A DNA stretch of 64,000 nucleotides, taken from positions 112,369-176,368 of the forward strand of contig CAWDUM010000003.1 of the NCBI GenBank assembly GCA_963805595.1, in the 5' to 3' direction. The position numbers and the translations under genes are program-made. The notes under the pieces were generated by a model that worked only from the letters and a program-made list of their open reading frames with translations, was not told where the DNA came from and did no database searches. This DNA comes from an uncultured Actinomycetota bacterium. GTDB lineage: Bacteria > Actinomycetota > Acidimicrobiia > Acidimicrobiales > RAAP-2. Below are positions 9,841-17,739 of this stretch, in pieces. Position 1 is the first letter of the stretch; each line of letters opens with the position of its first letter.

Positions 9841-11092
9841 GGTCCTCGCCGTGGGCACCGAGCTGCTGCTGGGCCAGATCGCCGACACCAACTCGCAGTG
9901 GGTCGGCGAGCAGCTCGCGGCCAACGGCCTCGACTCGCACTTCCACCAGCACGTGGGCGACAACCACGAGCGCATCGTGCTGGCGATGCGCACCGCGCTG
10001 GCGAGGAGCGACGCGCTCGTCGTGTGCGGGGGCCTCGGCCCGACCCAGGACGACATCACGCGCGCGGCCCTGGCCGAGGTCATGAACGTCGAGCTCGAGC
10101 GCGACGAGGGGATCGTCGCGGCGATCCGCGCGATGTTCGAGTCGCGCGGGCGCGCGATGCCCGACAACAACCTGCTCCAGGCCGACGTCCCGCGCGGCGC
10201 GGCGGTGATCGCCCAGCGGCGCGGCACCGCCCCCGGGCTCATCTGCCCGGTGGGCCACAAGGTCGTCTACGCGCTGCCCGGCGTTCCCTACGAGCTGCAC
10301 GAGATGTTCGAGCGCGCGGTGCTGGCGGACCTGCTCGCGCGCGAGCGCGCGAGCGGCGCTACCACCGTCATCGTCAGCCGGGTGCTGCGCACCTGGGGGG
10401 CGAGCGAGTCGGCGCTGGCCGACGCGCTCTCCGGGCGCTTCGACGCCCTGGCCGGCCAGGCCGTGACGATCGCGTTCCTGGCCTCGGGGATCGAGGGGAT
10501 CAAGGTCCGCCTGACCGCGCGGGCGGCCACCGCCCAGTCCGCCGCCTCGCTGCTGAGCGCCGAGGAGGAACTCGTGCGCTCGGTCATCGCCGAGCGACTC
10601 GGCGACATCGTCTTCGGCGTCGACGACGAGACGATGGAAGACGTCGTCGCTCGGCGCCTCGAGGAGCGCGGTCTCACCCTCGCGGTGGCCGAGTCGGTCA
10701 CCGGAGGGCTCATCGCGAGCCGCCTGGTGAACGTCGCGGGGGCCTCGGGCTGGTTCCGCGGCGGCGTCGTGAGCTACGCCAGCGAGGTCAAGTACGAGGT
10801 GCTCGGCGTGGACGTGGGCCCGGTCGTGAGCGGCCGGGCCGCCGAGGAGATGGCCACGGGCGTGGCGCGGCTGCTGCGCAGCGACGTCGGGCTCTCGGTC
10901 ACGGGCGTCGCCGGGCCCGAGGAGCAGGAGGGCCAGCCCGCGGGGACGGTCTTCGTCGGCGTGTCCCTGGGCGGGGCCGTCGAGCACGTCGCCCTGCGCC
11001 TGCCGGGGGACCGGCCGCGCGTGCGCGCCTACAGCGCGATCAGCGCCCTGGACGCCCTGCGCCGGGTTCTGGACCGGTCGGCGACGGGCTAA
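9830..11092 (+). CDS. cinA: competence/damage-inducible protein CinA (MoCF-binding domain plus nicotinamide-nucleotide amidase domain)
   Basis: MRVEVLAVGTELLLGQIADTNSQW..., CGGLGPTQDDITR, and a C-terminal PncC-like domain (AVAESVTGGLIASRL). Confidence 0.9.
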   Translation: MRVEVLAVGTELLLGQIADTNSQWVGEQLAANGLDSHFHQHVGDNHERIVLAMRTALARSDALVVCGGLGPTQDDITRAALAEVMNVELERDEGIVAAIRAMFESRGRAMPDNNLLQADVPRGAAVIAQRRGTAPGLICPVGHKVVYALPGVPYELHEMFERAVLADLLARERASGATTVIVSRVLRTWGASESALADALSGRFDALAGQAVTIAFLASGIEGIKVRLTARAATAQSAASLLSAEEELVRSVIAERLGDIVFGVDDETMEDVVARRLEERGLTLAVAESVTGGLIASRLVNVAGASGWFRGGVVSYASEVKYEVLGVDVGPVVSGRAAEEMATGVARLLRSDVGLSVTGVAGPEEQEGQPAGTVFVGVSLGGAVEHVALRLPGDRPRVRAYSAISALDALRRVLDRSATG

Positions 11093-11095
11093 GGA

Positions 11096-12325
11096 GTGTC
11101 GGTGCTGGAGATCGGGGCGACGCCCGCCGAGCGAGGACTGGACGAGGCGCGCCTCGAGCGCGTCGTCGCGCACTTCAACCGCTACGTAGCGAGCGGCCGG
11201 GTCGCGGGGTGGCTCGCGACCGTGTCGCGCGGCGGCGACCTGGTGTGGGTGGGCCGCGGGGGACACCGCGACCGCGAGGCCGGGCTGGCCGTGGGCGACG
11301 ACACCATCTGGCGCATCTACTCGATGACCAAGCCGGTGACGGCGCTGCTGGTCATGTCGCTCTACGAGGAGGGCCTCTTCGACCTCAACGACGACGTCGG
11401 CCGGTGGATCCCCGAGCTCGCCGAGCCGCGCGTGTTCGTCGGCGGCACCGCCCAGGCGCCCGAGACCGCGCCCGCCCGGGGGCCCGTCCGGGTGCACCAC
11501 CTCCTCAACCACACGAGCGGGCTCACCTACGGGTTCCAGCGACGCCACGCGGTCGACGAGATCTATCGCGACAAGGGCTACGACTTCGTCTGGGCCGCCC
11601 ACAAGGACCTCGCGGGTTGCGTCGCGGACTGGTGCTCGAGCCCGCTGGTCTTCGAGCCCGGGACGCACTTCAACTACTCGGTGTCCTTCGACGTGCTCGG
11701 GCGCCTCGTCGAGCACTGGACCGGCCAGGGCTTCGCCGAGGCGCTGGCCCAGCGAGTGCTCACGCCCCTGGGGCTGACCGACACCGGGTGGTGGTGCCCC
11801 GAGGACCGTCACGACCGCCTGGCGCGGCTCTACCTCGCGACCCCCGACGGCGCCGCGGCCTTCGACCAGCTCGGCCGGCACGCCCAGCACGAGCCCCACG
11901 TCCTGGGCGGCGGCGGGGGGCTGGTGTCGACCGCGTCGGACTACGAGCGCCTCATGCGACTGCTCCTCAACGGCGGCGAGCTCGACGGCGTTCGCGTCGT
12001 GTCGCGCGCGACCCTCGGTCTCATGACGCGCAACCAACTCCCCGGCCGAGCCGACCTGGTGGCGAGCGCCGTGGACAGCTACGCCGAGGCCGCGTACGCG
12101 GGGCTGGGGTTCGGCTACGGCGGGTTCGTCGTCGAGGACGCCGCGCTCAACCGCGGGCCGACGACCGAGGGCTCCTACGGCTGGGGCGGGGCGGCCTCGA
12201 CGGTCTTCTGGGTGGACCCGGTCGAGGACCTGGCCGCCGCCTTCTACCTCCAGCTGTTCCCCACCGGGACGATCCCGATCCGCCGCGAGTTCGCCCAACT
12301 GGTCTACGGCGCCCTGAGCGACTAG
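11096..12325 (+). CDS. serine hydrolase, beta-lactamase/esterase (class C-like) family
   Basis: S-x-x-K motif in IYSMTKPVTAL. 409 aa, a typical length for family VIII esterase/PBP-like proteins. Confidence 0.85.
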   Translation: MSVLEIGATPAERGLDEARLERVVAHFNRYVASGRVAGWLATVSRGGDLVWVGRGGHRDREAGLAVGDDTIWRIYSMTKPVTALLVMSLYEEGLFDLNDDVGRWIPELAEPRVFVGGTAQAPETAPARGPVRVHHLLNHTSGLTYGFQRRHAVDEIYRDKGYDFVWAAHKDLAGCVADWCSSPLVFEPGTHFNYSVSFDVLGRLVEHWTGQGFAEALAQRVLTPLGLTDTGWWCPEDRHDRLARLYLATPDGAAAFDQLGRHAQHEPHVLGGGGGLVSTASDYERLMRLLLNGGELDGVRVVSRATLGLMTRNQLPGRADLVASAVDSYAEAAYAGLGFGYGGFVVEDAALNRGPTTEGSYGWGGAASTVFWVDPVEDLAAAFYLQLFPTGTIPIRREFAQLVYGALSD

Positions 12326-12585
12326 CACCGACCCGGGTCCTCGGGCGCGCCGCGGCGACCCGGCCCCGATGAAAGCCCGCGACGGCGCGCACGCCGTAGG
12401 CTCGCGAGCATGAGGACCGCCTAGGCGCCACGACGAGGCTTCCCACCCCGTGAGCCGGGCACCGACGGAGGGTCTGTCGGCTCGGGTGACCGCTTCGGAT
12501 CGGGATCTCGTTGGCGTGGCCGGGCCGGTGCCCGCCGCCCTCGGACGTTTCTGCGGTTTCACCTCTATGAAAGGGGGCGCGTCAA

Positions 12586-12840
12586 GTGTCCAAGAACAAG
12601 CGCAAGTTGACCGGGCGGTACGACCCGACCCGGAGGATCCGGCCCGCGCCGCCGGTCGCCCATGAGCACAGCGCGCACGTCGACTCGCCGGTGGCGGCCG
12701 GCGACGATGACGCCGCCGAGGGCAAGGCGGCCCACGCGGCTCCGGCGGTGGAGAACAGGTTCGAAAAGGTCATCGATTCCCGCAAGCAGCCGGTCGCCAA
12801 CCAGAAGCGGTGGGGGAAGCGCAAGGGCGGCGACAAGTGA
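12586..12840 (+). CDS. small basic hypothetical protein (84 aa)
   Basis: GTG start 9 nt after AAGGGGG. GC-rich third positions throughout. Lys/Arg-rich termini (SKNKRKLTGRY..., ...QKRWGKRKGGDK). No family recognised. Confidence 0.5.
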   Translation: MSKNKRKLTGRYDPTRRIRPAPPVAHEHSAHVDSPVAAGDDDAAEGKAAHAAPAVENRFEKVIDSRKQPVANQKRWGKRKGGDK

Positions 12841-12874
12841 TGACCGGGGCCGAGCCCGGTCGCTAAATGTCACG

Positions 12875-12892
12875 TACGAACACTTGTTCGTA
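12875..12892. promoter_or_regulatory. LexA (SOS) box upstream of recA
   Basis: The palindrome TACGAAC-ACTT-GTTCGTA matches the actinobacterial SOS consensus TCGAAC-N4-GTTCGA in its core CGAAC-N4-GTTCG. It lies 79 nt upstream of the recA ATG. Confidence 0.75.
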
Positions 12893-12921
12893 GTACGGTG
12901 GGACGAGGTACAGCCGACCGA

Positions 12922-12943
12922 TGTCACTGACGGTGCTTAGCGT
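12922..12943 (+). promoter_or_regulatory. candidate RecA-NDp (PafBC-type) promoter motif
   Basis: TGTCACTG-N8-TAGCGT resembles the published tTGTCRgtg-N8-TAnnnT motif, with one mismatch in the upstream half. It ends 27 nt before the recA ATG. RBS AAGGAG is at 12960-12965. Confidence 0.4.
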
Positions 12944-12970
12944 GCCGGCGGAAAAGAACAAGGAGTAGCA

Positions 12971-15115
12971 ATGGCAACTGACGACCGCGCCAAGGCCCTG
13001 GACGCCGCCCTCGGTCAGATCGAGAAGCAGTTCGGCAAGGGGTCGATCATGCGCATGGGCGAGAACCTGCACATGAACATCGAGTCGATCCCCACCGGCG
13101 CGCTGGCCCTGGACATGGCCCTGGGCATCGGGGGACTGCCGCGGGGCCGGATCGTCGAGCTCTACGGCCCGGAGTCCTCGGGAAAGTCGACGCTGGCCAT
13201 GCACGTGGTCGCCGAGGCCCAGCGCAACGGCGGCGTGTGCGCCTACATCGACGCCGAGCACGCCATGGACCCGGTCTACGCGCGCGCCATCGGCGTCAAC
13301 GTCGACGACCTGCTGATCAGCCAGCCCGACACCGGCGAGCAGGCCCTGGAGATCACCGACATGCTGATCCGCTCGGGCGCCCTGGACGTCATCGTGATCG
13401 ACTCGGTGGCCGCGCTCACCCCCCGCGCCGAGATCGAGGGCGACATGGGCGACACCCACGTCGGCCTTCAAGCGCGACTCATGAGTCAGGCGTTAAGGAA
13501 GTTAACCGGGGGTCTCTCGAAGTCCAACACCATAGCGGTTTTCATCAACCAATTGCGCGAGAAAATCGGGGTGATCTACGGTTGTTTTTCCTATAACGCG
13601 CGGGTGGTCCTCGCCGACGGCACCACCGAGAGGATCGGCAAGATCGTCAACCAGAAGATGCCCGTCGAGGTGCTCTCCTACGACGCGAAGACCGGGGCCA
13701 TGGTTCCCAAGCGTGTCGTGAACTGGTTCGACAACGGTGTCACCGAGGAGTTCCTCCAGATAACGGTGGCCAAGCCGGCGAAGAACGGGCGCGCCCAGCT
13801 GGCCTGCACCCCCAACCACCTCATCCGCACGCCCCGCGGGTGGGTCGAAGCGGGCGATCTGAAGGTCGGCGACCGCGTCCTTGAGGCGCTCCCGCACTAC
13901 CTCTCGGAGTTCCAGATGACGGCGCTGCGCGGGACGCTGATGGGCGACGGCGCGCTGTCGCCGACGCGCAACGGACGGGGTGCGCGTTTTCGCTACACCC
14001 ACTGCGAGAAGCAGACCGCCTACGCGGACTGGAAGGCCTCGCTGTTCGCCAACGTCGAGTCCAGCCGGTTCGTGCGCGATGACAAAGTGGTCACCTACGA
14101 TTTTCAACCCATGCCCGAGCTCGCCGACGTGCGCGCGAGCGTCTACGTCGAGGGCAAGAAGGTCTTCGACGACGACTACCTCAAGTCACTGACCCCGCTA
14201 TCGCTGGCGCTGTGGTACATGGACGACGCGAACTTCACGGTCCGCTCCAAGGGCGTCCAGCAGCGCACCGAAGGTCTCTCCGGGAGAGCGGTCATCTGCG
14301 TGGAGGCGATGGAGGACGCGACGCGCGAGCGTCTGGTTGCGTACCTGGCCGACACCTGGGGAATCCGTTCCACGCTCCGCGCGAGTGGCGCGGGCAAGAA
14401 GGCGATCCTCGTGTTCAACAACGCCGAGACCGCCAAGCTGCAGGCGCTCATCGCCCCTTACGTCCACCCGAGCATGGAGTACAAGGTTCTGCCCCGCTTC
14501 CGGGGTCTCTTCCGCGTCGAGCCGGCGTTCGAGGCCACCCGCTACGAGTTGATGGCGATGCCGGTGACCGACGTGCGCGTCAAGCCCAAGACGCGCTCCA
14601 TGCACCGGTTCGACATCGAGGTGGAGGACAGCCACAATTACCTCGTCGACGGCGTCATGGTGCACAACTCGCCCGAGGTCACCCCGGGCGGGCGCGCGCT
14701 GAAGTTCTACTCCTCCATTCGCCTGGACATCCGGCGCATCGAGTCGATCAAGGACGGCACTGAGGTCGTGGGCAACCGCACCCGGGTCAAGGTGGTCAAG
14801 AACAAGTGCGCCGCGCCGTTCAAGCAGGCCGAGTTCGACATCATGTACGGCCAGGGCATCAGCCGCGAGGGCTCGGTACTCGACGTCGCCGTCGAGCTGG
14901 GCTTCGTGAAGAAGGCCGGAGCCTGGTTCACGTACGAAGGCGAGCAACTCGGCCAGGGTCGTGAGAACGTCAAGACCTTCCTGCGCGAGAACCCCCAGCT
15001 GATGGCGGAGTTGGACGGTCGGGTTCGTGAGCACCTCGCGACGGCCCTGACACCTGACGTCGTTGGATCCAGCGACGCCGACATCGACATCGACACGCCG
15101 ATCAGCCTGGAATAG
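12971..15115 (+). CDS. recA: recombinase RecA precursor containing an intein
   Basis: Walker [10 protein letters not shown]; [15 protein letters not shown]; [14 protein letters not shown], then the intein, then [16 protein letters not shown]...[19 protein letters not shown]. The exteins sum to 352 aa. Confidence 0.95.
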   Translation: MATDDRAKALDAALGQIEKQFGKGSIMRMGENLHMNIESIPTGALALDMALGIGGLPRGRIVELYGPESSGKSTLAMHVVAEAQRNGGVCAYIDAEHAMDPVYARAIGVNVDDLLISQPDTGEQALEITDMLIRSGALDVIVIDSVAALTPRAEIEGDMGDTHVGLQARLMSQALRKLTGGLSKSNTIAVFINQLREKIGVIYGCFSYNARVVLADGTTERIGKIVNQKMPVEVLSYDAKTGAMVPKRVVNWFDNGVTEEFLQITVAKPAKNGRAQLACTPNHLIRTPRGWVEAGDLKVGDRVLEALPHYLSEFQMTALRGTLMGDGALSPTRNGRGARFRYTHCEKQTAYADWKASLFANVESSRFVRDDKVVTYDFQPMPELADVRASVYVEGKKVFDDDYLKSLTPLSLALWYMDDANFTVRSKGVQQRTEGLSGRAVICVEAMEDATRERLVAYLADTWGIRSTLRASGAGKKAILVFNNAETAKLQALIAPYVHPSMEYKVLPRFRGLFRVEPAFEATRYELMAMPVTDVRVKPKTRSMHRFDIEVEDSHNYLVDGVMVHNSPEVTPGGRALKFYSSIRLDIRRIESIKDGTEVVGNRTRVKVVKNKCAAPFKQAEFDIMYGQGISREGSVLDVAVELGFVKKAGAWFTYEGEQLGQGRENVKTFLRENPQLMAELDGRVREHLATALTPDVVGSSDADIDIDTPISLE
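13583..14668 (+). mobile_element. RecA intein (362 codons) with a LAGLIDADG homing-endonuclease domain
   Basis: Cys+1 ([13 protein letters not shown]); block B TPNHLIRT; LAGLIDADG-like motifs [11 protein letters not shown] and [11 protein letters not shown]; terminal VMVHN followed by Ser. In-frame excision joins ...IGVIYG to SPEVTPGG.... Confidence 0.9.
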
Positions 15116-15148
15116 CTGAGAGAAGGACCATGCGGCCTCGCGTCCGCG

Positions 15149-15721
15149 TCACGTGGACGGACGGGCCCCGAGGCCGTCAAGGATGAGCGCCAGACCGAAC
15201 TGGAATTGCTGATGCGAAGTGAAGGCCGCGAGGGACTCGGCGACGGCGGTTAGTTCCGGCGCGTTGGCGAGGCCCTGGCGCCGCGAGGTCTCGAGCGCCG
15301 CGAAGCCGATCGTGTACGTGTGAATCGTTGCGTAGGCGTTCGTGCACTCGTCGGGGCCGAGGCCCGCGCCCTTCAGTGCGTCGATTGTCGCGAACATACG
15401 GCGTAGCGCCGTCGGCGCCGTCACGGGGCGCGTCAGGTAGATGTGCAGCGCCGCGGGCTCGGTCGCGAGCAGGTCGTGGAATCGCAGCGTGGCGTCGATC
15501 ACCCAGGCCCGCCAGTCGTCGGTGCTGACCTCTGGCTCCCACCCCTTGTCCAGCAACCGATCGACGACCGCATCCAGGAGGTCGTCGCGGTTCTTGATAT
15601 GCCCGTAGAGAGTCATCGGCGCGACGCCCAACTCCGCAGCGAGGTTGCGAATGGACATCTCGCGGTAGCGACCCTCTTCGATCATCGTCATCGCGGCCTC
15701 CACCACGCGTTCGCGCGTCAT
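15149..15721 (-). CDS. TetR-family transcriptional regulator
   Basis: N-terminal HTH: MTRERVVEAAMTMIEEGRYREMSIRNLAAELGVAPMTLYGHIKNRDDLL. The longer ORF to 15847 adds an Arg/Gly/Pro-rich extension that I consider unlikely to be translated. Confidence 0.85.
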   Translation of the reverse strand: MTRERVVEAAMTMIEEGRYREMSIRNLAAELGVAPMTLYGHIKNRDDLLDAVVDRLLDKGWEPEVSTDDWRAWVIDATLRFHDLLATEPAALHIYLTRPVTAPTALRRMFATIDALKGAGLGPDECTNAYATIHTYTIGFAALETSRRQGLANAPELTAVAESLAAFTSHQQFQFGLALILDGLGARPST

Positions 15722-15847
15722 TGATCCCCACCCGGCGCGCTTCGCGGCCCCGCGGCCCCGATGTGGCGGGGACTTTCGAGCTGGTGCGGTCCTCCCCGCA
15801 CCCGCGCGCGGCAGCTTCGGATCTCGGTCGGCGCGGCTTGGCGCCAT

Positions 15848-16810
15848 CTAGAAGGAGCCGCTGAGGGTGATCAACGTGCCGTTCGAGACGCTGGTGACGG
15901 TCCACGTGTCGCCCGACACCGGATGTGTGCCGCTGCGCACGCGGTAGGTCGCGGTGAGGGATCCGGTGCTGTTGGCGGCGATGGTGTGGCCCGCCGCGAG
16001 GTCCATCGAGTACGAGATGGTGTTCGCCGACGTGGAGTGCGATGTCGTGGTCGTTTGGCGAGGATAACCGGACGTCACGCTCTTGTACGACTCCGAACCG
16101 GCGATATTGATGTCAATGGTCACGGAGAGGGAGGTGACGGATGCGGTGTTCTTGATGGTGAGTTCGTCGTAGAGGTTGCGTCCGGAGTTGGCGTATGACG
16201 AGGTCACGGTGACGCCGTTACTGGGGATCGTGGTCGTCGTGGTCGTCGTGGTGGTCGTGGTCGTGGTCGTCGTCGTGGTGGTCGTCGTGGTGGTCGGCGG
16301 CACCGTCGTCGTCGTGGGTGGAGTGGTCGTCGTGGTAGGAGCGACCGTGGTCGTCGCCCGGGCCACCGTCGTCGTTGGGCCGGAGCCGCCGGTCGTGCTC
16401 GGAGTGCCGCCCGCCAACGCCGCCCCGTCACACGCTTGTGGGTTTGAAGAGGGGAGCGCGGTCCCTGCCGTCGGCGGGGCAGTCACCATCAACTCCCTGG
16501 TGGAGCTGTCCCAGGAGATCGCGTAGTAGGTCGAATCGGGCAGGCTGGCGAGCAATGGATCTGGAGCCTGCGTCAGGTCGCTCAGCGTCGAGGGGAGTTG
16601 GCCGCTGTTCTGCGTCGCGTAGGCGTGAATCGCGGTCTCGACGGTGTTGACGTCACTTCGGCACGCCGAGACCGCGGCGCGGGCAGTCGTACCCGAGACC
16701 GCGAAGATCACGATGCTGGCAAGGACCCCGAGCACGACGATCACGATGAGCAGCTCGAGCAACGTGAAGCCGGAATCCGGGTGCGGGTCATCGCCAATGC
16801 GGTGTCGCAT
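15848..16810 (-). CDS. type IV pilin-like protein (prepilin N-terminal cleavage/methylation domain) with a Thr/Pro-rich linker and a C-terminal beta-rich domain
   Basis: Leader MRHRIGDDPHPDSG|FTLLELLIVIVVLGVLASIVIFAV (Gly-1, Phe+1, Glu+5). Cys pair in the pilin head (SACRSD...PQACDG). Long T/P linker including 22 consecutive Thr. About 125-aa C-terminal domain. I took the start at ATG 16810; the ORF is open to 16960. Confidence 0.8.
   Translation of the reverse strand: MRHRIGDDPHPDSGFTLLELLIVIVVLGVLASIVIFAVSGTTARAAVSACRSDVNTVETAIHAYATQNSGQLPSTLSDLTQAPDPLLASLPDSTYYAISWDSSTRELMVTAPPTAGTALPSSNPQACDGAALAGGTPSTTGGSGPTTTVARATTTVAPTTTTTPPTTTTVPPTTTTTTTTTTTTTTTTTTTTTTIPSNGVTVTSSYANSGRNLYDELTIKNTASVTSLSVTIDINIAGSESYKSVTSGYPRQTTTTSHSTSANTISYSMDLAAGHTIAANSTGSLTATYRVRSGTHPVSGDTWTVTSVSNGTLITLSGSF
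16229..16294 (-). repeat. imperfect trinucleotide run encoding 22 consecutive Thr
   Basis: On the plus strand this reads as 22 uninterrupted cgt/ggt triplets (ACG/ACC on the coding strand). I counted them directly. Confidence 0.9.
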
Positions 16811-17088
16811 GCTTGTCGAGGGCCTTCCTTGCCTTGCCGGGACGGGTCCTGCACTGAATCCGTACGTGTACGGATTCATCAATTGTACCCGCAGTGACGT
16901 CTCGGTTGGCGCACCCTTCGCACTCCGACGGGGCCACGGCGCGTCGGGTGCGCGTGCCACGCCGCGGGCCGGGAATGACCGGCGCGATCACCCGAGGGAT
17001 CACGGCGCCTCTCCGGGGGGCGCCCGCGGGGATACGCGGACCTCGCGTCGTCGATCCGCGCCCGAGCGGTGAGGGACCCGGCGCTAGC

Positions 17089-17739
17089 GTGACCCCGGTG
17101 ACAAACCGGTTGCGCTGGCGGCGCTGGCTCGGCGCACGGGTTCGCGCAACCCGGCGCTACCTCAACGAGATCGCCACGGTGGGCCCCGACGATGGCTACG
17201 CGCGCCAGTTCGGTTACTTCGGGCGCGGAGCGGCGTTGCTGGCGCCCCAGGGGGTCATCTACAACGAGCGATACCTGTCGATCGGCGATGAGACGCTGAT
17301 CGGCCCCAACGTCTGCCTGACCGCGGGGATCGGGCCCGGCCAGACGATGCTGACATCGCCGGTCGTCAAGATCGGGCGCCGCTGCATCATCGGTCGCGGC
17401 TCGCACCTGATCGGGCACTGGTCCATCCAGCTGGGCGACGAGATCCAGACCGGTCCCTACGTCTACATCACCGACCAGAACCACTCCTACGAGGACCCCG
17501 ACCAGGCGATCGGCTGGCAGACGCCGTCGGTCGCCGCGGTCTCGATCGGTTCGGGCAGCTGGCTCGGGGCCAACGTGGTCATCCTGCCCGGGACGACGCT
17601 CGGGGATCACACCGTCGTGGCGGCCGGGGCCGTCGTGCGCGGCGAGTTCCCGGGACACGTGGTGCTGGGGGGAGTCCCCGCCAAGGTGCTGCGTCATTAC
17701 ACGTCGCAAGAGGGGTGGCGGTCGGGGCCACCGGCGTGA
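17089..17739 (+). CDS. hexapeptide-repeat (left-handed beta-helix) acyltransferase
   Basis: Tandem hexapeptide pattern: IGDETLIGPNVCLTAG...IGRRCIIGRGSHLIG...IGSGSWLGANVVILPGTTLGDHTVVAAGAVV. The start is uncertain: GTG 17089 was chosen, and the ORF is open from 16894. Confidence 0.75.
   Translation: MTPVTNRLRWRRWLGARVRATRRYLNEIATVGPDDGYARQFGYFGRGAALLAPQGVIYNERYLSIGDETLIGPNVCLTAGIGPGQTMLTSPVVKIGRRCIIGRGSHLIGHWSIQLGDEIQTGPYVYITDQNHSYEDPDQAIGWQTPSVAAVSIGSGSWLGANVVILPGTTLGDHTVVAAGAVVRGEFPGHVVLGGVPAKVLRHYTSQEGWRSGPPA

Noticed and set aside
9740-12562. 940-aa minus-strand ORF
   Set aside because: It lies antisense to cinA and the serine hydrolase, both of which carry clear family motifs. Its product is Arg/Gly/Pro/Ala-rich low-complexity sequence, typical of stop-free non-coding frames in high-GC DNA.
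16176-16526. Plus-strand ORF encoding a long poly-Val run
   Set aside because: It is the mirror image of the pilin Thr-codon run (ACC/ACG read as GGT/CGT gives Val in another frame). The pilin frame has a bona fide class III signal, so this ORF is an artefact.
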